Origin: Trichoplax sp. H2
Taxonomy: Eukaryota
Direction: 5' to 3'
Length of the DNA stretch: 57,406 bases
NCBI GenBank assembly: GCA_003344405.1
Contig: NOWV01000158.1
Coordinates: 124,001 to 181,406 of the forward strand
Under the pieces are notes generated by a model. The model did not search any database. It had not been told where the DNA came from and saw only the letters and a list, made by a program, of their open reading frames with translations. Both the position numbers and the translations under genes were made by a program. This document shows, in pieces, positions 26,345 through 40,771 of the stretch (position 1 is its first letter; every line of letters starts with the position of its first letter).

Positions 26345-29300
26345 GAAAAGGACAGCGAAGCGGGCATACAGGATGCCAATGCAACCACCTAAATATAGTA
26401 TACTGGTAATGCTTAAACATAAACGGATGGCCTTTAATATCTTTCAATTATATTTTATTACAACGTTAGTATCATTTTGCACATAATTCTGTATGTATTA
26501 GTGGTTAATGGACTGCTTCTATGGAAAGGTTCAAAGGTTAGCTTATTAAATTGCAATAGTTTGCGATTATTAATAACCTCTAAAAATGTCAGGGTTAGAA
26601 AGGATGAATGTGTGAATAATCTTTAATTTATATCAGTCTGGATGGCTTAGACAAGGATTGTATTATCTATAATAGTTTTACTGCATCTATCGCAATTAAA
26701 TCATATGCTAGTAAAATTTTACTTTGTGGTTCAGTTTTTTTCATTTCAATTTCTTAGATATTTCCACCTATCCTGTACCTATGTATTTATAGCAACGGCT
26801 AAGAGTTAAAATTTTGTGTTGGGATTTATTTCAAATATTAAGCTCTTGCTCATACTTACAGAATAAATCTAAGTCCATAGTAGACTTAAATTACTAGTTT
26901 GATCAGAACTAGTTGTCCACTTTTATTACTGACCGATATTCTACATCAATTTGGCAATGGTAGCTTCGTAAGTTTCTATAAAGGTATTTTCTAATTCATC
27001 GGCATCACACATTTATCATTTGGGGTTTCGCAGCTCAATTTGAGTAGAGAGACATATGGTTACTGTGATCTTCTGATGGGCGGAGATTTGCAGATATGTT
27101 TCGGCTCTGCTAATGAGAAAGGACTAGGTTTTCATTTTTAATTTCGGATTTACGGAAACGGAACACTTTGGCACAGTCTGGTTCGTAACCGAGTGGTACT
27201 TACATCGCGGTTACATATAATGTTCATCAGAATGTAATATTAATCTTACAGCTACTATAACATTTTCTATCCACTAGTATAATGTGGTAGCATACTTATA
27301 CAATTTTGATACTATATTCATTAACGGTATAATCGTAAGATATTTTCCGGCATCTATGATCAGGCATAGGAATTTAAGCTAGTTTCTGCTACATCTTGCA
27401 ACGAACCATGAATATATATCTACATGTCGCCATTTCATCAGAAATTCTCGAAATGGAAAAATGAAATCACGCTAATAAATCACGTTGTATAACAATTATT
27501 TCCTATGTACGGGTAGTTGAAGTGAGAAATAGATGTCTTAAATCTATACAGTATACTGTATTAGACAAAAGTTAACTTTATTTTATGAAAGCCTTAGCAT
27601 ATTAAATTGCATTCTTTTCTAGTTCATATTACTTTAGATAGTTGATATTTGTTGTTATGTGAACACTATATCGATATAAATTCATTCATGTCAGTAGTAA
27701 AAGTGGCTAAAGAATAATTGTCATATTTAAATTAACAAATTAATGATTCCTGAATATCTTTTTTAACAACTCTGCTTTCTATTATAAAATAAAAGCAATC
27801 ATATATATGTATGGTAGTAAGAAATAATCTGGCAGCAAATTTTCATTTAATGTATTGCTTTGTGTAGGATATACTGTATAGAATACAGTGTATACCCGTT
27901 CATTTAAACTGGAACTTTGCTAATATAGCGTAATAATAGTAGATGATCAATACGATAATTTCTTACTTCACTTTAATATCGTGACAGCCTTCAATGAACA
28001 GTTATAGCAGAAGTGACTAACAGATGTCTACAATTTCGTTTGCATGGATAAAAATTATCTGTTGAAGGACTTTCGAGATCGTAATTACTATATAGCCACA
28101 TTTATCTATTCTACGTTAACGGCTTTCTCTTCCTTATATAGCTCGATATCCATTTAATTCTGGTAATATCCTAAAATACCGACAGTTGCAGTATGGGAAC
28201 TGCAGTTTTTATTTCTATATCGTGATAATCTGCAATAAGACGAATACGGAGAGTGTCTACAATTCTATATACGTGCACTGGATAAATATCACTTAGCATT
28301 TACTGGTATGTATTATTCTTCGAAAATAAATCATTGCCTTAATCACAGTATGTGTGCTATTACTATTCTACAGTATAGCCTAGTAATCTACATCATAATT
28401 GCAAGGTTCATCGTTGAGAGTAAGTAACTACTGCATGACTCTGCATTTATACTGCAAACTTATGAACAGCCGCATCGGTAACCTATATATTATTTGGATA
28501 ATCTGTTATCCATTAAGACAATAAATGATTACTTCGGAGGTATTGATTGGCTGCTACAGTTCCTTTTTCGTCACCAGTGACTACCTGTGGTTAGTAAGAA
28601 TACGTCCGGAGCCATCGATTCATCAATCAATATTGACATCGAACAATGAATAGAAGCAAAATACAACGCGGCCATATTGGATTAATGAATAATGCTATTG
28701 ATCTTTAAAATCAATGAAACGAGTTATTGTTTAAAGCTAGGTGCCAGACTGAGCTATTCACCGTATTATTTTATAGCGAGAGAACTCATCAAGATATCGT
28801 CATTTCAACAACCCATAGTGGGTCATAATGTCCTATCTTAAGGTTTATTTTTTTTTGTCCGATTAATAGCCATAACGTATCTAGGAAATTCTTCGTCCAT
28901 TAAAATCCTTGTTGTTATATCCTAAGCGGCTATCGAAATTTTAAACTGCTACTTTGTAGAGTGGGTAAGTCTTTAGAAAAGTAAATTTTATTTTATGGTT
29001 TACCATCTGCTTCTATTGATTTCATTACTGACTTAGTATATGCATTATGGCATTTATGGCAAAGATATTATTTTTGTGTAACTTATTTTATAAAATGACC
29101 ATAATTTTTGAGGTAAACGGTTATGAATTATTTGCTTTCTTTTGCCATTTAAAACATTATTTAACCCGAATTTTATGTAGATAGTTTAGCGTTGGACTTG
29201 TAACTTGTTCTATTTTTTTACTTGGTAATTGAGTTCGATAGAATAACACAAGGATGATTACATTAATTGAACGATACTGTTATTATTGGTATCTTTACCT

Positions 29301-31802
29301 TTTACCGAAGCCTTTGCATTTCCTGTAGAGGGAGCGACTAGGCTTAAGGCCTTGTGAAAAGTATAATTTGAGCCTATTACTAGGGTTTAATCAATTTGTC
29401 CCAGTTACACTAGCAATAAAATGCAGATTTTCATATACTGTCGATCTCGAAGCCCAATTTGGCAAGAAATGAAAAGATCTTAATAATCGATATTTCATAT
29501 TTTTGTAACAGTGGTCCATACGATCGGTTAGGAAGTTAAAAATAAACTATTTTAATTTGATTCAATATTAAATTATGTACAAGCAAGCAATCGTTGAATG
29601 ATGCTCAATTCTCTGGTGTTTATGGCGAAATTGACTATCATAACTGCATTTTTAGTTAGTAAATGTATCTAGAAAAAGATAAAGATTTACAACAAAATTA
29701 TATCTACCAGTAGACTTATGAAGTACGGCACTAGCAAGGCAATATCGATACAAATTTTTCTTAAAATAAGATGGGAGTGAAATAAAGAATCTCTTCATGA
29801 TTGCACTATGATAAGTTAATGGCTTAAATGAATTTGAAACTGGTATTGAATTGCTTGAAGTACTAGCGAGTAAAGACTTTATTCGTAACTGATATCGGAG
29901 ATAGACTTATTTCTAGGCTTTACACGAACACCCTGTTCGCGATCCTTAGTGTATGCCGTACTTGTTTAGCGACTATAATATTTCAGTGTAAATGAATGCT
30001 TATTTGTTGCATGTAATAATTACGGTATAACCACAAGAATAGAAAAACATCACTGCCATTTTTCTATTTTAACTAGTTGTTTGTAGTGATAAATATCCTG
30101 TTGATAACATAACCATAAAAGTACTAAATCGAATAATTTTCGGTATAAACTTTGCTTTATTATCGACGCCTTTTAGCTTTTTTACTAAAATTATTTACAA
30201 TGTCCGATTTGCTTAAAATATATCTACTGATATCAAATCTGCCACAATACGAAAGGTTAAGCCATACTTAAGTTATTCTCATTAGCAATCCCTTAATTAG
30301 TTCATTCACCTATTTTAGCTTTCTTTTTAGTGGCTCTATTTTATTCCAATGCGATCTATACTATGAACGAATAGATTTTGATCTTGAGACTTTTATAACG
30401 CTGCTGGTTCTGATGAGCATCAGATAGGATATTATAAATGTAGTAGACACCCTAATGCTTTTAGAATATGATTACAATGTATGAACATTCTTGTAAAGTG
30501 AACGAAATACAGATCCGTTGTCTGGTCAATTTTATTCGAAATCGATTAAGTTGACAAGTAAAACTAATCTAAAATTACTAGCAACGATTTATCTCGGGGT
30601 ATGGCAACCGAAACACATATCAGAAATCTGTTGGTCAATTGATGTTATTGAGTTGAAGTACATCGAATAACGTTCGTAATTTCTTAGGGATTTAATGCTA
30701 GCCTTTAACTAGTTATTTTAGAACAAAATCAACCAGATCTGAATTATACCGTTTAACTTATTCATTACGTAACAATACGTATAGGTATTAGCGAAAGCCA
30801 AATGAATTGAAAACATATCCTGTAATGTCCCTCTACATACTATAATTAAGGTACATCTACTGACTGTGAACTATATCCGTTACGGTATGGTTTATTTCAT
30901 TTGTCTATGTGAATATTTGGCAACCCATAAATCGAATAACAGCTTATTTCCTGTGTAGATAATTGTTCAAATTGAAAACGTTAAATAATAGTCATGATGA
31001 GAATTTGTCTAATACATGTATTAGTTGGCTTCACAATATTGCGCAACAGCTAAGACAAGATACCCTGATGATTTCAAAAATCTGTACCCTAGTAATTCAT
31101 AACTAATCGTAAATGACCAAAAATACCTCGCTCCAAACTTTATACTTAGCAGGTGATGTCATTGGAATATTAGCCAGACTGATTCCTTAAGATTTGATTA
31201 AAAAACAACTCGTTTTTTACGTTAAAAGTTAATCGTTAACTATAAGCAAATAATATCGTCGGTAATTGCAAAATACCATGAACCAAACTAGTCTACGTGT
31301 ATAATATCGTTTCAGAAGCTCTATCTTCGCTATTTAGATCAGAAATGAACAGTAATATGAATGATTACTTCTTCATTCTTTTAATTCATGTTTTGATTTA
31401 GCTCAACATTTGTATTAGCATAAAAAGTAAAAACGTATAATTAAAGAATGAGGTCTTTCATTAACAGTAAACTGGACGTATTCAATTTTTTCTATTTTTA
31501 AAATTTGTCCATATTGGTGGAAAAACTTCCTCTGTAAACTAATATGTCCCGAAAGGAAGAAGTACTTCTGACTTAAATAAGCTTTCCTTCTAGGGACAAG
31601 TGTGATTATTATTAGAATATAAATAAACCGTTACATACTCAACTGCAATGGGGGAACGGCAGGTACTTTCCTTTATTCCTGCTACGGTCAACTTTATAAT
31701 CACATATTTTGTAAGAGTTAATTGCATCTGAATTATTACACTTTCATAACCATACCCAGAAGAATATAAAATTGTATATTGTCCTAAAATATTTCCTTTT
31801 AC

Positions 31803-32086
31803 CTTAGCGGTGCACTATCATATCCATCTATAATAGTCATTAGCATAAACGTCTTAAGGCTTGCGTCGTTAGAGGTAATTTCTAGGTTAGGATAAAAGTG
31901 ATCATTTTTGAAGTATCCACTACAAAGATTGACAGATTCAGCTTTGACTTTAGCGGTACCCTATCACATATACCTATAATACATATTAGCATAACAGTCA
32001 AGGCTTGCGTCATTTTAATTGATTTTAGGTCGGACAAAAGTGATTATTTTTGATATACTCATCCTAATAAAGACCAGCATATTCAG
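31803..32086. repeat. Two-copy diverged tandem duplication, period ~146 bp
   Basis: TTAGCGGT..CTATCA...ATTAGCATAA...AAGGCTTGCGTC...AAAAGTGAT.ATTTTTGA...ATTCAG occurs twice. Confidence 0.8.
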
Positions 32087-32154
32087 TCTGTACGAATACA
32101 CTATTGCCATAACTTGGACTAACATTTCAAAAGTGCTAAGATTAGTGCAGTACC

Positions 32155-32460
32155 TGTGACACCGAATAGCTATGTTAGAAAATGGTTAGGACCATAGTGT
32201 TAAACCTCTATAGCTTGGACTTTTAAGTGTTGAAGAAAGCATACTGTAGATTCTACTGACATTTTACGGTATATTCCGCCGTTGAGAGTATAAAAGCCGA
32301 GTTGTCAATGGAGGGTGGTGGGTTGGTAGAGGAAGACCACACTTTTATGAAGTACACAGCTTTATTTAAAGGTAATTAAATGCGTTGTTAACTTCACAAT
32401 GACGCACCAGTAGTCTTCGGTTCATCAGGTAAAGCAAAAAGATGTGGTAGGAAAGTTACC
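32155..32460 (+). mobile_element. Probable degenerate solo LTR (306 bp)
   Basis: TGTGAC...GTTACc termini with flanks GTACC/GTACT (one mismatch). Internal TATAAAA at 32289 and ATTAAA near 32375. Confidence 0.5.
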
Positions 32461-33182
32461 GTACTCATGACTATAAAGCATTGAGTAATGCATTTATATC
32501 GACTGCATTATATATTATTGCTAGGTCGTTAACGAAATTAATTCGCAACATACTTTCTGTAATAAGACAAGAGTTTCTGAAGTTCAATTTCAAGACAGGA
32601 ATAAATATTAATCGTTCTATTTCAATAACAGTTAATAGTTTCGTAACGATCAAACAATAAGAATGCGATCTAGAGGAATAACGTATTATTGCATGAATTA
32701 TTTTATATTTGAGCTTATATATTCTGAAATGAGATTTGAAATAGGATTACATAAAAGGTCATTAAATGACATTAAAGAGTTTAGTTCCCTTTTATGAATT
32801 TCCTTTATTACGCACGGTTGGCGTTATTTTATACGGATCCTGTATTAGAATAAGAGAGAGCACTGGTGTTTTCATTTTACAAGACATTAAATTCTAGTTA
32901 CAATGGCTGTTGTAGGGGCGACAAATAATAAAATTTATCAACGCCACGTCGACAATCATACAACGATCTGTTTTAATTATTTTTAAATAATTTTGCCATA
33001 AGATTACTTTATTTATGAACTATCAGGTACTGTTACTCATATTTCGTCTAAGATATTAACACCTTATTTTATTTAACGTAAATTTTGCTTAGGATAAGCC
33101 TGAACAATATTAATATACAACACTACCAAGTATCATCTTTAACATTCAAGGCGAATCCATCTATAATTAATCTGTTTATATA

Positions 33183-35151
33183 ATGGCTACAACTTCATCT
33201 CCAGTGGCAATCAATCCACCAAGTTATCAAATTATTATAACTACTCTTAATAATAGAATGCCAGCAAATCGCATTAAAGTATTTTCCTTCATAGCCATAG
33301 CTATCGCCATAATTCAAATTGCGGTGGCCGCGGTTGGATTGTCTGAGCCTTGCCCAATTGGTCTGTACGTCTTAAGCTTTGGTCATTATGGAAATAGTTT
33401 CTGGGTAGCAGGACCAGTAAGTTCACTGAATCTATTGGCATATTTTAAACTTTTATTGCAATGAATATCATAGTTTTACTAGTATAATTGGAAACAATCA
33501 GATAAGGATAAGTTTTCTACCGAAACTGTATAATTTGAATTATTGGAGTGAATTAGCTTTCTGGACAGTACTTTTATCTTGAATCTAGTGCTAACATACA
33601 GACATAAAATATCTTTCTGTAAATGCACATTCACCTATACATTATAAGCACCTATGATGGTATTTCTGCAAGCATTTGGTTGACTAGAACACTTCTCTTT
33701 AAAAAACCACCTGAAAATTGCTATTTTGCTTATAGATATTACTCTATGCTTTGGCGGTTGGCTGCAGTGTGGATCGGAACAACCTTACGAAAAATAGGGT
33801 AAGGCTGTGCGACTTTAAAATATGCTTATATTAATATGTTTTATAAGTACATATTGGACTGAATAATTACTACCAGTAGTTGTGCAATAACGAAAACTAT
33901 TTCACATGAATATTCGGTAAAATTTCTAAAGCATTATTTTGCTACCAGATATACTCTTTGCTGCTGTTACCGTACCTTAATAAGATATTAGCAGAGCAAT
34001 TTTTCGATTTATCGTTTAAGAAATTTATAGATCATTGCAGCAAAAGAAATATTTTGCGCTAAAATCATTTTTAATTCTAATTTGGTCATTTTAGATAGCT
34101 AATATGAAGATAGGCGCGTTTCTATGCGTGCTTTGCATCATTGGAGGATTTGTAGTATTAGGTCTGACTATACGCGCGCTTTCAATTCTGTCGGTTTACT
34201 CTGACCACTTCCATTTCGATTGCGGCACTCATAAAGTTTCTGTAAATGAAATATATACTCCTGCTGTTTTAACAACAACCGTCCACTTTGGAATCTACAT
34301 ATTTTATTTTTCGTTTTGTATGTGGATTATGAGACTGAATAACGATTTCTATCCAAATATGTTCGCCGCACGATCTAGTGGTCGTAATACTTTTGTGGTA
34401 AGACAATATTTTGAGAAATTAAGTGAAAAATATATATTACAAGGTCTTCTACCTATATTAATTGTATCATTAAAGTGTTACTTTTTTAAATGCTAATCAG
34501 AAGTAATTGTCATAGAATTAAATTTCTACTTCAAGTTAGGAATTAGTCACTATTATAGTTTGGAAGTAATAGCCTCAAATCCAGAAAACAGTCGCTATTT
34601 ACAGCTGATTAAGTCTCACATATCAATTTAGTATTGGAAATAATCATAATTTGAAAGTGAGAATTATTGTTAATACATGCAGCAGTCAGTATGCCTATGA
34701 ATCTTTGATTTTATTCTGCTAGCAAATCAATAAGGCTAGAAATAATCACCATGTACAATTAATAAATTAAATCCGCAAAATCGATCTTTCTTTACAGTTA
34801 ATTCATAATTAGAAAACGATTTACGTATTTCTTATTATAGAAAATTAATAATCTACATACAAGTATGAATTCATATTAAGTCTTTACAGCTGATAATTGT
34901 GATTGCTAATTACATTGTCTAATATGTATCTATCATAAAATAATTCAAATCACAACATTTACACTTCCAGCAACACATTCTATTATCTGTAAATATTAAA
35001 TCTATGTAAACTTGTTTGCATACAATCTACGTAGGTTCAACCACCAGCAGAAGAAATTCCTTCATACGAGCAATGTATTGCAAAAAGTAAAATACTGACG
35101 AAAGATGGTAAATTAGCTGCAATAAATGTGCCTCAGACAGCTCAAGCATAG
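33183..35151 (+). CDS. MS4A/CD20-like four-transmembrane protein, paralog 5 (~238 aa)
   Basis: Exons 33183-33416 (IAIIQIAV...EPCPIGLY...YGNSFWVAGP|gtaagt), 33736-33798 (63 nt, ILLYALAVGCSVDRNNLTKNR), 34095-34397, and 35035-35151 (VQPPAEEIPSYEQC...TAQA*). Confidence 0.88.
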
Positions 35152-37488
35152 TGTTAAAGCGGCAAAATCTACCATCTGTCTTATTAAAGTAAATTATACA
35201 CGATAAATCACCTTTAATTGGATTATAATTATAGATGCTGGGATATTGACGTAAACAGTAATAGTCTCTTGTTTAATTTCTGGAATTTCTGCCTTTATCT
35301 CATTATGATTTAAGGTGTTCATCTCAATAAAATCACCTGCTAGTAAAGCGCTAATGAAATCTGCCATAATTGATAAAAATATACTAGTTACGTTATCTAA
35401 ATCTGAGAGAATCAATCATTCACACCTTAGAATTAAAATTATATATAAAACGCGCATCTATTTCGGAATTTCTTTTAAAACTGGACTAAGTAGTAAGTGT
35501 CATATCAGTTTGCGTGTACAAAGCCTATTTTACCATTTTTTGACGGTTCATTTTGGATCTGTATACTCATAAATATTCTAAGTTACGTTGGTCATAGCAA
35601 TATTACCAAATACTGCAATTTATAAATAACTCTTTTCATTTTCGAATTCGTCAATATTTAATTCATGTTGATATTGAATTGGAAAAAAGTGCATTTTATG
35701 CATAAATATGCTGGTACCTGTTTTCTAGAATTTTACACACTATAATTATTTATATGTGGCCGTTATAATAAACTATCTTGGAAACTATGATTTTAATGTT
35801 ATTGAATATATTTTTGTCTTGGTTAATTTGATATTTAATCTAGACAAGGAGTTGGGATTGGCACGTTTTATTATAGTCCTTTATTATATATGATGGCATT
35901 TAAAACAGAATAATTTACTTGAGCTCCTTATTTGACTGCCTTTAGCTATAACTTTGTAGCTAGGCCACCTAGATTAGGAACAGGTACTTCAAAAAGATTC
36001 ATATTAAAAAATGTTAGTAATAGCCGCAGAATTTTTAACTTAAGTCAACCGTATGGAGTCCTAGAACTGACCCCTCTTTACCCTTCATTATTTCTTGCCG
36101 TTAAGAAATATTAAAATTTCATGTAGACATACCCTACAATTAGATAATCGCTCACAAGATGTTTGGCATCTTGTGCATATATATCATTTTGAAAGGATTT
36201 CCAAGTGTTGGATTGGCTGTCTCAAACTTAATCACGATATCCGAATCTAATACAATTATTGTTTGCGCTGAAGGTTTCCTTCCTTTCATCAATTCTTGGA
36301 TACTGCTAGTCTCATATTATAGTTAAATTTAGTTTATTACTTTAGGCTGATAAGATGGGCATTTAAATCGTATACTTTGGGTATGCAGTATACAGCCATC
36401 ATTTTTGCACAATGTTAAGTGCTCATCGTTAGTAGCAGGTATGTTATCATGACGATAATGGTCAATTCGGAGTTTATGATTTCTTTATTATGTTTTCATC
36501 CAGAACATGGACTATACTATGTTGTAACATTGGCTCTTTAGGCTTAGCTATTAGAAGGAACTATCAAATATCAATCCAGTATTGGTAGCATTGAAGATAC
36601 TTAACAAACTATAACCAAAAAAACTAAAGATGTTAATCAAGATAAATTTATTTAGTAAGGGTAAGCGTCGGATTGGTATTCGGTTTATCATATAACATAA
36701 CAGTGAGATGTGAATTGCTGCCAGTTCTAGTGTATATTTTAGCTACTTCATGAATTTTTGTTAAGGACTTTAAAATTGAAATTGATGTAGAATGTTGTCA
36801 AATTCACAAACTATTGTAAATTTGATTTTATATAGGGAATAATTAGGAAATTTTTATAATATTTGTGTACTTGCTTCACAAGAGACAAATTTATCGATGT
36901 TGAAGCTAGTAAATTTGGAGTTTCGACTCTAAAATCAAATCTCAATTTTTATAACTATACGTGTAAACTAGAGTAGTAATATTAAAAACATAATAAATTT
37001 CCTAACTTTGCCGACAGAATAAATGCTAACTATCCCACAAATTGTAGCGACTAGTTTAACTAATAACTTTAAGTTTTTGAAGCTATCAAGAGCATTTTTC
37101 TTTTTCAAAAAAATTAAGATCATAATCATTCCTTATATAAATATTATGTAATGATTTAACGTTCCTTAAAATCACTAATTTTCTACTTTTCGTTGGTTTT
37201 AATACGAGGGTGTCACAAAACAGCTTTGCAACAAGATAACGCAATATACGATCAATAAGTCAGTTCCTTTAACCACGTATCAAGGAACGATATCTGCACT
37301 ATCACGAACACTTTTGCTCTTCTAGCAGACTACACAAAGACTTAAACGCCTCGTATTTTACGTTAAGCACCAAGTTGGAGAATTCTCTTTATTTCACGAT
37401 ATACTGCATTTATATACTATTCCTCAATAGTTCATGAGTCATAGTTAATACAATTAAACTGGGAATCATTTACTAAATTAGATATTAA

Positions 37489-37560
37489 CTAGTGCGAACT
37501 CCCGTCGCTTTGCTGACGGTTTACGATAATGTGCTCATTTAACAGATAGTATTACCATTT
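37489..37560 (-). mobile_element. Helitron-like 3' terminus (hairpin + CTAG)
   Basis: The minus strand reads CCGTCAGCAAAGCGACGG (hairpin), then GAGTTCGCA, then CTAG|T, the canonical Helitron 3' end. A second copy lies at 55277. Confidence 0.6.
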
Positions 37561-40360
37561 GTCGTACTGTAGACCTGTCAGAGGTTCAGTAACTTTATAC
37601 CGTGTATCATGGAACATTTCCATGATAATTTACAATCTAGCATAAGTAAATTACAATCACAATGATTCGAATTGTAAGTAGATGATTTGCATTCCCTATT
37701 ATAGCTATTAATTTCAGTATGTGTATAAGTGTCACTGTCATAAAAAGTCAGTGCTATGTTAAAACACAGTATATCCAAATTAGAAGTTAACTAAATAAGG
37801 ATTGTCTAACAGAATTATCCTAACATAGTTATTTCTACTGTAATACAGTATTTAGCACTGTAACAGAGGGCTATTTTAAGCTTTAATCTGTTGTCAACTA
37901 AAAATTAAAATTTGCTATTTGGACAAAGAAGGTTTACTTTTAACGAAAGTATCCGACTACAAACATTTTATAGCTTAACTTGTAGTAACTGAAACTGATA
38001 TCAATGCATTCAGACCAGGTACATATGCCTTCTGAACATTAATTTTACTATTTTTAGATCTAAATTTTGAACTTAGGTAAATTTCCCCGCACGGTATGGG
38101 ACACCATTTGTAACCTCAGCAACATGTTATTTATCTTTTATTATCATTGATTGATTTTAAAATAGAATTTTAAAAAAAGTTTATAAATTCTGCAGGAAAG
38201 GATAAAAGTTTCCGTTATTCTTCAAGAATTTTATGGAAATTTTTTATATTGGCTAAATAAGTAGCCCAAGAACGCCAAGCCGATATACTGATCTTTATTG
38301 TAAGCATATGGTAACATTGATACGCTATTTCTGCAATCATTTTATGAGTTAATAAGTTCTACTAATGTTCATCAGTAGAAGTGGTCGATTTTATCTTGAT
38401 TTACAACTTCTTTCGACTTTAAGAAAGATATCAGTAGAATCTCCCGTTTGCTTGACTACTAATTTTATTGTACTTCTCCCCAATTTGCTATTTTATAATA
38501 AACTGAATCCTAGTGCCGAAGTCGATGCGATTATAATTATTAGTCAGGAATTAATCGTTCCTAGAAAATATAACAATAACAATAGATGTTGCAAATAGAT
38601 GATTGAATTTGGCGAATTAGAGTTCATTAAGTATGACGTCCTGTCAGTAATTAATTCTTAAGGTAGTAATAGATGATGCTATTTGGGCATAAATTTACCG
38701 GTATAGTATTGTACTATATTAATAATTTATATGAGGAGAATTGTAGCGAATTGCTTGCTTACAATTTTAACTTCAACCAGATAATTTGAATAAATTTACA
38801 AGGGTTAAATTTCATTATATTAATCTTATTTAGTTTTTAAGTCCTTTATTTTGAAGCGTGTAACTGATTAGAAATACCAGCTAATCTATTTTCAGAAAAA
38901 ATTACTTGTACTTGCGATTACAGCAAGCAAGAAGTTAGCATTGCAATCAATGTCACAATTGCCAGTAAAAACGATTGACTTAGCGAAGACGGATTTATAC
39001 TAAAGTTCTTCACTTTAGAATCGTAAATAAGGGTTTTTGATGAGGGTATATTAATAAGTTTTGCATTCGTTAGGCCCACGCGTTGGTTGATCCTTAATTA
39101 AAGTAGAAAGGCTTTTGAGATAAAACGAGTACTACAAATATTTCAGAAAACGTAATTAAATATCATGCGCCTTGAAATTCTAATTTTTTGAAGATAATAT
39201 GCTGCTAGGGATTGACCGAGAGATAATACATACCTGCGGTTGCATATATACTTAGTAATACTTTAACCAAAAATTACCAGTAAACACAACGATATATTAA
39301 CTATTCATTTCTGTTGACATTAATATCCATGTTAAGATCGTGTTTAGTCACACACAATCGATTATTATCCTAATTCCAGTAAATTATCTGTGGCTCTTTC
39401 CATTTTGGGTAAGCTTATTTTAAAACTAGAATGCACGTATTGCTACTAACTAATTCAATGATAATAAACATTATTTTAAAAATAGGAATGGATTTTAATA
39501 TACTATCGTTGGCTATTTAAAACAATATCATGCACCACGTCGGTTAAACAAGTCATGCAATTTAACTTACGTACAGTAGAGAGTCTACGTAAGATGTGGT
39601 CTTTTATTCAATCTCAATGCGTATAATAAATGATTCCTGAAGAGGTACTAGTTAATTCAGCCAGGTACTTTGTATAGATAAGTTTACGATAATATTGTCA
39701 ATCTTAGTCATACTCTTACCTAAAATTAAAATTCTAATAGGACTATTCTAGAAATTTGAATTCAGTTCTAGAAACAGTGCTAGATACTTGAGCTTTACAA
39801 GTCTTTCACTCTATAACTATTCTAAATATTCCCTATTTCACTTTGATTTTCATTTGCTTTGCTTTCTAATATTCTATAAACCAGAATTTAGTTTTGTAAT
39901 CCATTAAAAAGAATTAGCAAATAAAACTTCGTCAGTGAAACTTGTGCCATTACTTTAAAACTTTGTTCATGATACGTTTCTTTGTTTATTTCAATATTAA
40001 TGCGGGATCATAGTTTCGTAGTAAAGTTTAAATAACTTATTATTTGATTATTTCCATTACTTAACAAGAGGTACTTCTAATCACTAGTAAACGCGGATCG
40101 TTCATTTTTCCTGACTTACAAACATTGCAAATATCCTAATAGTAACTGTGAGCACAATTCTACCATGTCTTCCAAAATCGGAACACAGTTTCCCATAATA
40201 CCATATTCAGTATAAAGCCTTCAATTTAGATCTTATTACAGTAATGTTTGAAATTATAATCTTTCGCCATAAAATGCCATTAAGCTAATGTCAATAACCT
40301 TACCCTAACAAGGATCAAATCGTGCAAATTAACCTTCGCAATTTTAAGAATAAAATAAGT

Positions 40361-40640
40361 ATCGTCGGATAGCAATATTGACCACTTAATTGACTCTGAA
40401 ACGCCAATAAAATCTGTAATAGTTAATTGATTAAGCTGATCAAGGATGAGTAATCTTATACTAATAATCCTATTATAAAAAGGATCTAATTGAGTAAATT
40501 AAAATTTGTCAATTTAGTAAATGAAAAATATCTATGCCAAACATCATCAGATAGCAATGTTGACCATATCAAGGATTGTGAAACGCCTATAAAATATCTT
40601 ATGATTAATTTATTGATGAAACTGATACTCGATGTGTTTG
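40361..40640. repeat. Diverged duplication upstream of paralog 6, period ~182 bp
   Basis: GATAGCAAT.TTGACCA...TGAAACGCC.ATAAAAT occurs at ~40368 and ~40550. Confidence 0.7.
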
Positions 40641-40771
40641 CTTTCAAAATAATTCAATGACCGATGATGATGTACTAGTTCATTAATAGCTTATTTCTCG
40701 ATTTTTATCATTTATTAAACGCCTATGGCCAAAGTCAAGGATGATCAGTCATCTGAATTCGGCGGAAAGGC

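Noticed and set aside
26265-26486. 73-aa ORF downstream of paralog 4
   Set aside because: It overlaps the likely last exon (26291-26344) in a different frame, plus the 3' UTR.
37203-37355. TACGAGG...CCTCGTA mariner-like mini element
   Set aside because: Only 7 bp of inverted match including the TA, and a single copy.
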